A stretch of 63,317 bases of DNA, counting the filler, from Octopus bimaculoides (lineage: Eukaryota): the NCBI RefSeq assembly GCF_001194135.2. It is 6 parts of 5 records of this genome, joined end to end, with 100 filler letters (N's around TTAATTAATTAA, not from the genome) between each part and the next. Parts side by side here need not be neighbours in the genome. Positions count along the whole stretch, not along the records: positions 36,529 to 46,071 come from NC_068998.1; positions 46,172 to 52,901 come from NC_069004.1; 4 more parts are not named here. The stretch is one strand, 5' to 3'. Position numbers and translations under genes: made by a program. The notes under the pieces were generated by a model. The model did not search any database. It worked only from the letters and a program-made list of their open reading frames with translations, and had not been told where the DNA came from. Below are positions 37,620 to 51,075 of the stretch, piece by piece. Position 1 is the stretch's first letter; each line of letters starts with the position of its first letter.

Positions 37620-40600
37620 GACGGGTTAGCAAGTTGTATTACTTACCTATTCTCAAAGAATAATGAAAGTACAGTTAGAAAAAATATCGGCCCATAACCT
37701 GTTTATCCACCACTTACAAACTTTTAACAGCGATCCTCGTGGAGAAAATATGCATTTATGGAACATGACGATATTTTCCCCACTGAATACTGAACAAAAA
37801 GGGTGTCGAAGAGGCTCATATAGATGCAAAGATCAACAAAAATGGTCCTCATTCATGACTCTTGAAGTCGCTGGACATCTTCAAAATTTCTCTTGAAATT
37901 TCAAACTTCCTGAAGCATAAAATGTCACTGTGGAATACAAAATCTCCAATTATATCATCCTAACAGAATACTAGTTTCAAGCAATATTTACATCAACTGT
38001 GTCGTTTTCCAAGGTGATTCACTTTCACCTTTAATCTTTTGCATAGCCCTTACAAGTGAACTTAACAGAACAGTGAATGGGTATATAAAATTGACAAGAA
38101 AATAAGCAACCTATTTTATATGGATGGCTTAAAACTCTATAGCAAACAATGATAAGCTAGAACGCCTATTACGTACCGTGAAAACATTCAGTGATCACAT
38201 TAAGATGGGGTTTGGGTTTGATAAGTGTGCCAAAACCTCTTTCTAGAAAGAGAAATTAAAGACCTCAAATTCAGTCATGTTAGATGTTGACACAGTTATT
38301 AAAACCTTGAGCAAGAACAAACTTTAAAATACCTAGGAATAGATGAAAGCTTTGGCGTTTAGCATGCTAGCATAAAAGAGAAGATCAAGAAGGAATGTTA
38401 TAGGAAATTTAGAGCAATCCGGAAATCTGAGCTAAATGCACGTAACAAGATGTTAGCCATAAATTCCTTAGCTGTTCCAGTTGTTAGATGATCGAGGTGA
38501 AGCGTGCCAGTAAGGGAAGAGAGAGACACAACCGAGTAGAAGGTTTAGAGAAATTTATTGGTAGCTTAACATGTATGTCTGTATGTTCGTCATGTATACA
38601 GAATAAATGACAGGCTGTCACGAGAACAAAGTGTATGTGTCTATGTGCATGGATGCATGCGTGTGCTATATGTAAGAACAACAATGAGGAAGAAAGTGAA
38701 AAAATCTATAATGAGAAGTTAGACGTATGTTCATAGACACAAGAATGAGAAATACCAGTTCGTAGTCAATTGTACACAGTGATTGAAATACTGTATCAAA
38801 AAGTTGTGGCGATGATGCAGAGCCAGTGCGATACATGCCGTACGAAGTTGTGGCTGTAATGCCACTACCTGGGTTACTTGTACAGGTGTTGTCGCAGATT
38901 GTATATTTGCTGTTAACCATGGTGAGGTAATTCACGAACAGTGCTGTGTTGAACCTGTGCTAGTTGCTGGTTGAGCTGTGTACGTAGAAACGATGTTGAC
39001 GACATTAAGAAGATGATGATAGCGACAAAGAAAGAGATTGCCGTAATGCTGTTGAACGAGTGTTGTCGTCTGGTTCGCAGGTTATATATTTGTTGTTGGA
39101 ACCTGGGTGTTCGCATTGACGCTGGAACTGGCTGTGTTTTGTGTGGTCAATGGCTAGACCTTAGAAGGTCTGGAACCAAAAGAGAAAAGGCTGTCTCACG
39201 TGATTTTGTTTAGGGCTCTGATTGGATATACGCTGCAGATTGGCGCGACAGAGTAAGAGACGAATTGTGCCAATACCAACCAATCGGAGATGTGGACACA
39301 ACGGGGCTCAAATAACGGCCAAAGGTTAACTATTATCTGCTACCTTCGTATGTACGTATATATAATAAAGGGGAGAGGAATTTCACTCGAGTGTACGCTA
39401 CAGCTTCAATGTGTTGAACTGAAATATCAGGGAAATAAAGAAAACTGACAGAAAAATATTTAAGCTGCTGACTTGTAATATGATGCACCACCTAAAGGTA
39501 GACGTGGATCGTCTTTACCTTTCCAGAGCCCAAGGAGCTTGAGGCTTGATCCAGTTTGAGCTCTTACAAAACCACCACAATTGGACTGGCCAAATATCTT
39601 GAAGCAACTAACGACAAGATGCTAAAACTCGTTGAAAATCATGAAAGGCATAAAAAAACTTCCTTCTGTGTTGAAGGAGAGCAAAGAATTTGCTATTGAT
39701 TTCATGTATGATACCCAGGCTGAACAGCCTGAGAGGAGTAGCAAGGAAACAAGCGCATGAACAATCGACTGCTACAAGAGAGCAGAAATTTCAGCAAGGC
39801 AAATATGTGGTCCGCAGCAAACGAGCTGATGTTGATCAGAAGTACACCCATTAATTGCTACGAAGCACAGGACTAAAGGCAGAGACCGAAGGCTTCATAT
39901 TAGCTGCTCAAGATCAAAGTTTATTGATCCGGAACTAACAAGCCAATGTGATGAAAAATGGATTAGATCCAAAGGTCTGATTCTGCAATAATGAGATTGA
40001 AACAGTGGGTCATCTAATCTCTGAGTACAAAGTTTTAGCACCTATAGAGTATAAATGAAAACAGACAGACTTGGCCAATACCTACACTGGTTAATATGAC
40101 AACGTTATAAAATCAAAAGTGTTTAAAAGTGGTATAAGCACCACCCTAGGGCTGTAACTGAGGGAGAAAATATAGCGATTCTTTGGAACTTTCCAGTAAA
40201 TATAGACAAAACCATCACAGCTAATAAACCGAATATTGTTGTGAAAAACTAAAACAATGAAGTCTATTTATTGATCGACGTGAGTATTCCTTGTGATCAT
40301 AATAGCTCGGCAAAAGAATTTGACAAGCTCAGACAATATAAAAATTTACTCATTGAAATCGAAAAAATGTGACATCTCAAGATTTTTAGAATATCATTGG
40401 TTGTAGGAGAGCTTAGAATGATCAAAATGGAACTAAACGTTATTTGAGAATGATCACTGTCTTACTATCCGGACAAGAAGTGCAAATGATTGTTTTAGCT
40501 GGTATCTCACATACATTAAGAAGAGCATTATCGCTGAGAACGATTACACCCATGTAAAATATTTTCTTTGTTTTTTTTCCACGAAACTTCATTTGATCAT

Positions 40601-40709
40601 GTAAATAAACAATCTAGTGTGTTTATTTTAATGGCTTATCAACGTATACAGTGAATCTCCTTGCCCTAGGTGGCGGGAGGACATTTGGCAAGAAACAGAA
40701 AGAAGAAAA

Positions 40710-40755
<46 letters not shown>
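37620..40755 (+). mobile_element. Decayed R4/Dong-clade non-LTR retrotransposon (RT + zinc knuckle region + REL endonuclease), ending in (TAA)n
   Basis: PITCLSTTYKLLT, EQKGCRRGSY, FQGDSLSPL, FYMDGLKLY, KYLGI, AINSLAVP, AETEGFILAAQDQSL, ANKP.IV..LIDVSIP; (TAA)n at 40712-40754. Confidence 0.85.
38482..39390 (-). mobile_element. LTR-like ~0.9-kb insertion within the R4/Dong RT
   Basis: Interrupts AVPV|(V)RYSF; on the minus strand has CCAAT motifs near the 5' end and AATAAA ~80 nt before a terminal ..CTAACA; TSD not clean. Confidence 0.45.
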
Positions 40756-40756
<1 letters not shown>

Positions 40757-40950
40757 TAGAGGTTTCAAATTTTGGCGCTAAATCAGTAACTTTAGGGAAG
40801 GGAGATGGTTGATTATATCAACCCAAGTGCTGAACTTGTACTTAATTTATCGACCCCGAAAACATGAAAGGAAAGTCGGTTTCGACGAAATTTGAACTCA
40901 GAACGTAACGCCGGAGAAAATTCTGATAAGCTTTTTATCCGACACAGTAA
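40756..40950 (-). mobile_element. SINE family B, diverged
   Basis: TTATCGACCCCGAAAACATGAAAGGAAAGTCG..TTTGAACTCAGAACG. Confidence 0.75.
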
Positions 40951-41075
40951 CTATCCTCTTCCTAATATAGAAATAAAGTCTAAAAATTGTGCGACTTTAA
41001 TAAGTGCCGTGCGTACGGCTCTCGGTTCTTGAGTCACTTTGTTACTTTCCCGATTAAAATATTATATATATATAT

Positions 41076-41129
<54 letters not shown>

Positions 41130-41918
41130 TGATAGATAGATAGATAGATAGATAAATATTATAGTTATTATTACTCATGTATTGATTTCTATTTACAGGT
41201 TTGATAAACACACATATACCACAAAAGTTTCATGATACATACACATGCACACACACCCACACATATATGTATGCATGTATGTATGTATGTATGTATGTAT
41301 GTATGTATGTATGCATTTATGTATGTATACTGTTGTTGCTTCTGCTCTTAGTCCCGGGTCATTTCTCATTGTGCAAACGTTTTGATTACAGATTTTCCCA
41401 TCATAAACCTTCTAGCTTTGTTCTTGGCTTATATTATGCAATGGACCAGTATGTACTTCCTTTCTTTTCTTTTTTTTATTAAAACATGTCAGATGTAACC
41501 GGCAGAAAACATAAGAGAGCAAGGTTATTATTTTCCCACACGACATAAAGACCACCAATACAATGAAATAAAAAATAACACTCCAGCTTAAAGTTCACCT
41601 GGACATGCAAGATGCACAGTTTGTTACTGCAGCAAGCTTTACTTCTTATAGACAAAGCTACGCCATAAGGTCCACTGATAAAATAGAATAAAAATAATAC
41701 TCAGTGCATGATCTCCTGCACATGTCATAAGTACAGTTTATTATTGCAACAGGTCTCAATTTTTATAGTCACTGCTAGAACATTCACCATAATCACCTCC
41801 AAACAACATCCTTAAAACTCTAGTAAATTACAATCCAACTCTTCCACCCTTCCTTGGGCACAGAAATAGTTGCTGCATCATAATCCTAGAGCAGCTCCTA
41901 ACATTTAATAAAAGTACA

Positions 41919-42082
41919 GGCGCAGGAGTGGCTGTGTGGTAAGTAGCTTGCTTACCAACCACATGGTTCTGGGTTCATTCCCACTGCGTGGCACCTTGGG
42001 CAAGTGTCTTCTACTATAGCCTCGGGTCGACCAAAGCCTTGTGAGTGGATTTGGTAGACGGAAAACTGAAAGAAGCCCGTCG

Positions 42083-42125
<43 letters not shown>

Positions 42126-42330
42126 GTGTCTGTGTGTCTGTGTTTGTCCCCCCAACATCGCTTGACAACCGATGCTGGTGTGCTTACGTCCCCGTAACTT
42201 AGCGGTTCGGCAAAAGAGACCGACAGAATAAGTACTAGGTTTACAAAGAATAAGTCCTGGGGTCAATTTGTTCGACTAAAGGCGGTGCTCCTGCATGGCC
42301 ACAGTCAAACGACTGAAACAAGTAAAAGAG
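41919..42330 (+). mobile_element. Full-length SINE family A with internal (TA)/(TG) microsatellite
   Basis: A-box TGGCTGTGTGGTAAG, B-box GGTTCATTCCC; AGTACA flanks both ends. Confidence 0.92.
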
Positions 42331-43212
42331 TACATTGTTCAAATGATGAGAACAGATGTAAAAAATCAATCTCCTTCCTACCCGGCCCACTTCGCTTGGC
42401 TCAATGCAGCCGACACCAGAATTTAAAAGTACATGAAAAAAAAAAAAAAAGACAGAATGGTGAGAACAAAGCAGTCTGCCCAGTTTGNNNNNNNNNNNNN
42501 NNNNNNNNNNNNNNNNNNNNNNNNNNNNNNNNNNNNNNNNNNNNNNNNNNNNNNNNNNNNNNNNNNNNNNNNNNNNNNNNNNNNNNNNNNNNNNNNNNNN
42601 NNNNNNNNNNNNNNNNNNNNNNNNNNNNNNNNNNNNNNNNNNNNNNNNNNNNNNNNNNNNNNNNNNNNNNNNNNNNNNNNNNNNNNNNNNNNNNNNNNNN
42701 NNNNNNNNNNNNNNNNNNNNNNNNNNNNNNNNNNNNNNNNNNNNNNNNNNNNNNNNNNNNNNNNNNNNNNNNNNNNNNNNNNNNNNNNNNNNNNNNNNNN
42801 NNNNNNNNNNNNNNNNNNNNNNNNNNNNNNNNNNNNNNNNNNNNNNNNNNNNNNNNNNNNNNNNNNNNNNNNNNNNNNNNNNNNNNNNNNNNNNNNNNNN
42901 NNNNNNNNNNNNNNNNNNNNNNNNNNNNNNNNNNNNNNNNNNNNNNNNNNNNNNNNNNNNNNNNNNNNNNNNNNNNNNNNNNNNNNNNNNNNNNNNNNNN
43001 NNNNNNNNNNNNNNNNNNNNNNNNNNNNNNNNNNNNNNNNNNNNNNNNNNNNNNNNNNNNNNNNNNNNNNNNNNNNNNNNNNNNNNNNNNNNNNNNNNNN
43101 NNNNNNNNNNNNNNNNNNNNNNNNNNNNNNNNNNNNNNNNNNNNNNNNNNNNNNNNNNNNNNNNNNNNNNNNNNNNNNNNNNNNNNNNNNNNNNNNNNNN
43201 NNNNNNNNNNNN

Positions 43213-43257
<45 letters not shown>

Positions 43258-43617
43258 GTGTCTGTGTGTCTGTGTTTGTCCCCCCAACATCGCTTGACAA
43301 CCGATGCTGGTGTGCTTACGTCCCCGTAACTTAGCGGTTCGGCAAAAGAGACCGACAGAATAAGTACTAGGTTTACAAAGAATAAGTCCTGGGGTCAATT
43401 TGTTCGACTAAAGGCGGTGCTCCTGCATGGCCACAGTCAAACGACTGAAACAAGTAAAAGAGTACATTGTTCAAATGATGAGAACAGATGTAAAAAATCA
43501 ATCTCCTTCCTACCCGGCCCACTTCGCTTGGCTCAATGCAGCCGACACCAGAATTTAAAAGTACATGAAAAAAAAAAAAAAAGACAGAATGGTGAGAACA
43601 AAGCAGTCTGCCCAGTT
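43213..43617 (+). other. Assembly duplication of ~42088-42487 across a 725-N gap
   Basis: Apparently identical sequence on both sides of the gap (duplicated ORFs in the track). Confidence 0.85.
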
Positions 43618-43619
43618 TG

Positions 43620-43990
43620 CCAAACTGCATCCCTTAGATTAGATTGCAGTATGCATGAGTATATAGCATATTCCAGATGGAGGAGACATGGTATATTTTA
43701 ATCAATGGATCAGTAAATCACGTTCCATCGACCGATTACTTACAAGTCATGGATTTGTTCGGTGAGAGCTGACGCCTAGTTACACAGCAACGTGTAGTAT
43801 TAATGATTGCCTGATATGCGATCCTAGAACACCAGAGTCCAAGAACGACAACTTAAAATATCGCATGATACAGATTAGATATATTGAAGACAATAGTATG
43901 CTTTGCTAAAAAAAATTGCAACTGTCGAAAATGATTTTAGTGCACACAAAAAAGAATATATAGTAAAGTTCATAATGACATGTGGAGGAA
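43620..43990 (+). mobile_element. Very decayed LINE RT remnant (CR1/L2-like)
   Basis: RHG..FNQWISKSRSIDRLL resembles the NQ.GFR..RS...LL block; weak. Confidence 0.3.
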
Positions 43991-44027
43991 AACTGAAAAT
44001 TACATGGGATTCATACATATACATCAA

Positions 44028-44058
<31 letters not shown>

Positions 44059-44095
44059 GCATGGATATACACACACACACGCACACACACACACA

Positions 44096-44143
<48 letters not shown>

Positions 44144-46006
44144 NNNNNNNNNNNNNNNNNNNNNNNNNNNNNNNNNNNNNNNNNNNNNNNNNNNNNNNNN
44201 NNNNNNNNNNNNNNNNNNNNNNNNNNNNNNNNNNNNNNNNNNNNNNNNNNNNNNNNNNNNNNNNNNNNNNNNNNNNNNNNNNNNNNNNNNNNNNNNNNNN
44301 NNNNNNNNNNNNNNNNNNNNNNNNNNNNNNNNNNNNNNNNNNNNNNNNNNNNNNNNNNNNNNNNNNNNNNNNNNNNNNNNNNNNNNNNNNNNNNNNNNNN
44401 NNNNNNNNNNNNNNNNNNNNNNNNNNNNNNNNNNNNNNNNNNNNNNNNNNNNNNNNNNNNNNNNNNNNNNNNNNNNNNNNNNNNNNNNNNNNNNNNNNNN
44501 NNNNNNNNNNNNNNNNNNNNNNNNNNNNNNNNNNNNNNNNNNNNNNNNNNNNNNNNNNNNNNNNNNNNNNNNNNNNNNNNNNNNNNNNNNNNNNNNNNNN
44601 NNNNNNNNNNNNNNNNNNNNNNNNNNNNNNNNNNNNNNNNNNNNNNNNNNNNNNNNNNNNNNNNNNNNNNNNNNNNNNNNNNNNNNNNNNNNNNNNNNNN
44701 NNNNNNNNNNNNNNNNNNNNNNNNNNNNNNNNNNNNNNNNNNNNNNNNNNNNNNNNNNNNNNNNNNNNNNNNNNNNNNNNNNNNNNNNNNNNNNNNNNNN
44801 NNNNNNNNNNNNNNNNNNNNNNNNNNNNNNNNNNNNNNNNNTGTGTGTGTGTGTGTGTGTCTGTATGAATCCCTAAAACTCCAGAACTACACAACCAATT
44901 TCATTCAAATATTACACATGCCTTACTTAGTCAAAAAAAAAAAATTTTAACTTCTTGCATAGTTCGAGCCCACAGCAACATAATATCTCCTCCACTATTT
45001 AAGTATTACGTGTCGAAAGTGAAACAAAAACACTCATGTCAAATACTTTCACTTTAAAAATGAAACTTTTCCACTATTTCAGTATCAAAACTGAACAATC
45101 ACATTTCGAAAATTTGTAGCCTTGGGCCTGTTATAGAAAGAACTATAACTGATCTCTCACAAATAGGTACATTGCTATTTTTTCAGAGTGGAACAAAAGT
45201 AGAGTTGACTAAATCAGCACGAGTGTAATATTGGCCTTTATCTTTTGAAACGATTCCTAACTACAGAAAAAACAAAAGAAAAGGAAATGATAAAGTCGAA
45301 CACCACGAGATTGGAACGCAGAATATAGCGGGACGAAACTAAATCCAGTTAGGTAATTACATTGATGATTCACTGTTTCTGTTAACGCACTTACGAAACA
45401 TTTTCTCTTCAAATTTGAAACCCAGCGGGTCAAACACGAATAAATATCCTTTTCATCCAAACAATTTATTTCCCAGTATTTTCAAATCGTTTAATTTCAC
45501 GCCATATTAAAAGCGGTTCTTCGCATTTTAACTCGTCTATCTGTGCTTACAGTAGTGTAGTGTCTTTTTACAAACATACCAACACAATGTCTTTGTCTTT
45601 CATAAAGCAATTTCGAAGTAGAGCGGGGCATGCAAAAGAAAGTAGGAACCTATTAAAAAGCAGTATTTTGTAAATGCTAAGGAGCAAAAAGACGTTTCAC
45701 CTCAAAAAAATTAGAAACGAGAAATGTGAAGTAGACATTTATTAATAACTAAGCGAAATTGTTGGAGAGATAACGTTTCATAACAAATGGCCTCATGGTT
45801 AGTGGATTAATGGCGTTGTTATAGATCATGAGCAATGATAACTAGAAATCTCTTTCTCTCTCTTTCTCTCTCTCATTCTCTCTCTCTGTCTATCTTTATG
45901 TATATGTGTGTGCGTGTGTGCGCGCGAACATCCATACTATTATATAGGTATGTACACATACACACACACTCATATATATACTTATATGTACATACATATA
46001 CATATA

Positions 46007-46054
<48 letters not shown>

Positions 46055-46071
46055 TATATATACATAAATAT

Positions 46072-46171
46072 NNNNNNNNNNNNNNNNNNNNNNNNNNNNN
46101 NNNNNNNNNNNNNNNTTAATTAATTAANNNNNNNNNNNNNNNNNNNNNNNNNNNNNNNNNNNNNNNNNNNN
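46072..46171. other. Artificial scaffold-join spacer
   Basis: 44 N + TTAATTAATTAA + 44 N. Confidence 0.95.
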
Positions 46172-46464
46172 AGAGCATGAGTTTTGGTTAGTAAATGCTT
46201 TAAGGAGAATCCGGATAAACTGGGATTTTCAGAAAGAGAAATCGACCAGCTAATTCGTACATTATAAGTGCAATCTGTGAGTGGAACAGTAAAAATATGC
46301 AAGACTTTTCTCAAGTTCCAAATGTGAATTTGTCTGTGTTAACTACATCCCAAAGACGGAGCCTTGTATCTTTGTTGGAAACTGGTTCCCTCGTCAGTGG
46401 AAGATTTATAATAATTAAAAAGTAGAAGAGACATTCTATAATATGTACGTGTATATGTGTGTGT

Positions 46465-46745
46465 GAGGATACGTGGCTCAGTGGTAAAGTTATTCGGCAC
46501 GCAATTGTAAAGTTGTGCCCTTGAGCAAGACACTTTATTTCACATTGGTCCAGTTCAGTGAGTTTGCAAAAATGAGTAGTACCTGTAATTCAAAGGAGGC
46601 CAGCCTTGTCACATTTTGAATCACGCTGAATCTCCCTGAGAACTATGTTAAGGGCACACGTGTCAGTGGAGTGCTCAGCCGCTCGCACGTTAATGTCACG
46701 CGCAAGCTGTTCCGTTGATCGGATCAAATGAAACGCCTGCCGTAA
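46465..46745 (+). mobile_element. SINE family C, internally deleted
   Basis: CGTGGCTCAGTGGT head; CTTGAGCAAGACACTTTATTTCAC; shared C/D 3' module. Confidence 0.85.
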
Positions 46746-46825
46746 CAGTAAATAAGTATATGTGTATGTGTGTGCGTGTGTATGTGCATGTGTGTATGTG
46801 TGTGCGTGTGTATATATATTTATAC

Positions 46826-47226
46826 GTTGGCGTGGTTGTGTGTAAGAAGCTTGCTTCCCAACCACACTATTTCAGGTTCAGTCCCAGTGAGTGGCACCTT
46901 GGGCAAGTGTCTTCTACTATAGAATCGGACCGACCAAAGCCTTGTGAGTGGATTTGGTAGACGGAAACTTAAAGAAGCCCATCGTCTATAGATACATGTA
47001 TATATATATTTGTGTGTGTGTATGTGTGCGTGTATGTGTTTGTCCCCCTCCACCATCGCTTGACAACTAATGTTGGTGTGTTTACGTCTCCGTAACGTAG
47101 CAGTTCGGCAAAAGAGTCCGAGACAATAAGTCCTAGGCTTACAAAGAATAATACTGGGGTCGGTTTGTACAACTAAAGGCGGTGCTCCAGCATGGCCACC
47201 GACAAATGACTGAAACAAGAAAAAGG
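46826..47226 (+). mobile_element. Full-length SINE family A
   Basis: Collinear with 41919-42330, including the internal microsatellite. Confidence 0.88.
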
Positions 47227-47228
47227 AA

Positions 47229-47259
<31 letters not shown>

Positions 47260-48418
47260 CAAAAAGATATGTTTGTGTGTATGCATATATCTTTATGTAT
47301 ATGTATANNNNNNNNNNNNNNNNNNNNNNNNNNNNNNNNNNNNNNNNNNNNNNNNNNNNNNNNNNNNNNNNNNNNNNNNNNNNNNNNNNNNNNNNNNNNN
47401 NNNNNNNNNNNNNNNNNNNNNNNNNNNNNNNNNNNNNNNNNNNNNNNNNNNNNNNNNNNNNNNNNNNNNNNNNNNNNNNNNNNNNNNNNNNNNNNNNNNN
47501 NNNNNNNNNNNNNNNNNNNNNNNNNNNNNNNNNNNNNNNNNNNNNNNNNNNNNNNNNNNNNNNNNNNNNNNNNNNNNNNNNNNNNNNNNNNNNNNNNNNN
47601 NNNNNNNNNNNNNNNNNNNNNNNNNNNNNNNNNNNNNNNNNNNNNNNNNNNNNNNNNNNNNNNNNNNNNNNNNNNNNNNNNNNNNNNNNNNNNNNNNNNN
47701 NNNNNNNNNNNNNNNNNNNNNNNNNNNNNNNNNNNNNNNNNNNNNNNNNNNNNNNNNNNNNNNNNNNNNNNNNNNNNNNNNNNNNNNNNNNNNNNNNNNN
47801 NNNNNNNNNNNNNNNNNNNNNNNNNNNNNNNNNNNNNNNNNNNNNNNNNNNNNNNNNNNNNNNNNNNNNNNNNNNNNNNNNNNNNNNNNNNNNNNNNNNN
47901 NNNNNNNNNNNNNNNNNNNNNNNNNNNNNNNNNNNNNNNNNNNNNNNNNNNNNNNNNNNNNNNNNNNNNNNNNNNNNNNNNNNNNNNNNNNNNNNNNNNN
48001 NNNNNNNNNNNNNNNNNNNNNNNNNNNNNNNNNNNNNNNNNNNNNNNNNNNNNNNNNNNNNNNNNNNNNNNNNNNNNNNNNNNNNNNNNNNNNNNNNNNN
48101 NNNNNNNNNNNNNNNNNNNNNNNNNNNNNNNNNNNNNNNNNNNNNATAGACATTTACAAACACACTTATACATGCATATATATATGTGTATGTATGTATG
48201 TATATATGTATGTATGTATATATGTATGTATGTGTATGTATATATATATATGTATATATATATATAGCCACTCACATATGAGAAACCCACGTATATGTTT
48301 GTATATGTTCGTATATTTACCGATTCGTATATTGAAACGCATAATACGTATATTTAGCCTTTCGACGTTATCTCGCAGATAAGACAATTTGAAGTACTTA
48401 CGTATAGAGAAACGTGTA

Positions 48419-48456
<38 letters not shown>

Positions 48457-48714
48457 TGTGTGTGTGCGTGCACACATATGTGTCTCTGTGTTTGTCTTCG
48501 TGTGTACTGTTTTAGTTGTTTGTCCCCCTACGTCATTCCTGATCATACAGACTTCATGCTCAAAGGTCCAAGAAGCAGGGTTCACAACCTTCGGCCGCGC
48601 GTTCTTATGTAAGACGGCAAAACAAAACAAAAATTGTGATTTGCGTTGTGCGTTTGTACGTAGGTTTTTATTGATCAAAGTCTGCCGTGACACTTGACAA
48701 ACTAGCGACATCTA

Positions 48715-49000
48715 TTGGGGAACGAAATACGCAGAAATCTATGGACGGCCTTGCTGCTTTGTTATGCGTTCTATTTCGGTGTTTCGAGTTCAAATTTTGT
48801 CGAGCTCTGCAATACATTTTTATCCGTTCGGGTGTTTTATTGAAATATGTATTTGGCAAACACTTTAATCTATTGCAACAGAATACGCAGAAACATTATC
48901 ATAGTTTGTAGACGGGCCTTCCTGCTTACTGTTATGCATTCTGTTACGAGTTCGAATTCTGTGAAGGACGGCAATGCACTTCATCCGTCCGAGGGTTTCG
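48715..49000 (+). mobile_element. Two old tandem SINE family B-like heads
   Basis: AATACGCAGAAA..TTATGC.TTCT..CGAGTTC.AATT repeated about 170 bp apart. Confidence 0.5.
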
Positions 49001-49617
49001 TAGATTAATCAGTAGGCAAACACTCTAATACATGAATTCACTCTAAAACCGAATATACTCTCTCTCACACTGCAAACTCTGTTCCATGTATCCATGTTAT
49101 TATTTTTGGCGGCCAATTGCGAAAAAAATCGGTGGAGCATCATCCCAGAAATTATGAATCCTAAATTAATAAACTCGTTAGAAACACGATATTCTTCAAT
49201 AATTAGAGCAGTGGTACTTAACCATTTTTTTAAAAAACCTTCGATTGCTATTTGATTCTGGTGGACCCCCCCCCCCATCACCATTCAGTGTTTAAAGAGT
49301 AGTTTTATAGGTACTTCTTTTAAAATTCCTATTTTGTTTTTCACCCATGCACTTGTATAATTTTGCTATCGAATTCTCTGAGAGAACATGTTTATGTGAC
49401 GAGAAACGTGTTGAATTATGTGCAAACAACATGAAATACATAAAAACAGGACAAGTAAGTAAAGCCAGAGAAGGGACCCTTCATCAGTTGTCGGCTGTCT
49501 ACCTACTCCTCATTTCGAGCATTCAACGACAATATTATTATTATTATTATTTAATTGAACGCCACGCATCCATTTCCAAGTTTATACACACACACACGTA
49601 CGTGTGTGGTTTGTATT

Positions 49618-50030
49618 CAGGCGCACACATGGCTGTGAAGGTAAGAAGTTTGCTTTGCAGCCACGTGGTACCGGTCGGGTTCAGTCCTCCTGCATGGTAC
49701 CTTGGGCAAGTGTCTTCTTTGACGATACCCTCGAGCCGATTAGTACGTTGTGAGTGAATCTGGTGGACGGAAACTGTGTGGAAGCCCACCCTATACACAG
49801 GTACATACGCGTGTGTGTGAATGTGTGTGTGTGTGTGCATATCTCTTTACCACTTGGCAGTCTGTGCTGGTTTGTTTACGTCCTTGTAAGCTAGCCGTTC
49901 GGCAAAACAGAGGCGACAAACGAAATCCCAGACTTAAAAGAAAATTAAATACTGGGGTCGATTTGTTTTAATAAAGCGTTCAAAGGGTGCTCCAGCATGG
50001 CCGCGATCACAAGGCTGAAGCAAACGAAAG
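49618..50030 (+). mobile_element. Diverged SINE family A
   Basis: GGTACCTTGGGCAAGTGTCTTCT..GGACGGAAACTG..GGTGCTCCAGCATGGCCGC. Confidence 0.8.
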
Positions 50031-50384
50031 GGCAAAAGAAGGTCAAAATAGCCATTTTTCATTCGTACTTCGCAGAAGGAGTTCATACTTTCTTCGGATA
50101 AAATTTCATCTATGTTCATCTAAGAAAATGTCTGACTCCTGTATTATCTCCCCTTCATTGAGTTCTAAATCATAAACGGATTTGTTTTGTCTGTTTGTCT
50201 CGTGTGATATTATCACCTTTTGTCATTTCCCCCCGTTATTAAAAAGACGTTTTATGAATATCTTGGCTAGATGTTTATTTTAGCCAATATCATATATTTT
50301 TGGTTGGAAAGAAAGTCCTGTCACATTCCAAGATGGGAAAGAAACAGATACTTCTCCGATCTTGTAATATTTAATCAAGATAAT

Positions 50385-50865
50385 ATCGGTTTCAAATTTT
50401 GGCCCAAGGTCAGCAATTTCGAGGTGGGTGAAGTCGATTACATCGACCCCAGTAATCAACTGGTACTTATTTTTATCGATCCCAAAAGGACAAAAGACAA
50501 AGTCGTTATTAGGGACGTGCTAACGATTCTGCCAGCTCGCCACCGTAAGCCAGCCCGCCACCCTCTCATTATTGATAACAGAGTCCCCATCTATTTAGCG
50601 AATCGTTGATCCCTCGGGCGTAAGCTTATGTTTTCGAAGTAACGAAACACTTATTGAAATTTTTAACCATTTCACAATTAATAAACTATATTCCCTCGAA
50701 ATAATCCTTTTTACTGGAAACACACGGCCTCAAATTTGGGGGAAGGGATTAAGTCGATTACATCAATCCCAGTACGTAACTGGTACTTATTCAATCGACC
50801 GCGAAAGGCTGAAAGGCAATGTCGACCTCGGCGGAATCTGAATGTCGGCCTCGGCGGAATCTGAA
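50385..50865 (-). mobile_element. Two SINE family B copies (~50385-50545, ~50715-50865)
   Basis: AGTCGATTACATC.A.CCCAGT..CTGGTACTTATT cores; second copy has a 23-bp tandem duplication. Confidence 0.8.
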
Positions 50866-51075
50866 ATTTTCCCTCTAAATAATGCCGCAATGATCTAAAA
50901 AGTTGATAATCAGAAGAAACAAAGCCAGCAGAATAAAGAGAACGAGGCAGAACTTCCATATTTTGTGCTGTAATCTTTTCCTCTTTGACATTATCGTGTA
51001 AGGGTGACAATCTTTTACAATTGGCCAATAATGGGTGCTTTTTTCTGCAAACTTTTGTGCAATGTTCCCAACTGA
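50866..51075 (-). pseudogene. Mariner transposase C-terminal fragment
   Basis: LHDN..MEVLPRSLYS..SSDYQLFRSLRHYLEGKF. Confidence 0.65.

Noticed and set aside
41919-41995. tRNA genes at SINE heads
   Set aside because: A/B-box-like motifs continue into SINE bodies with no complete cloverleaf or terminator
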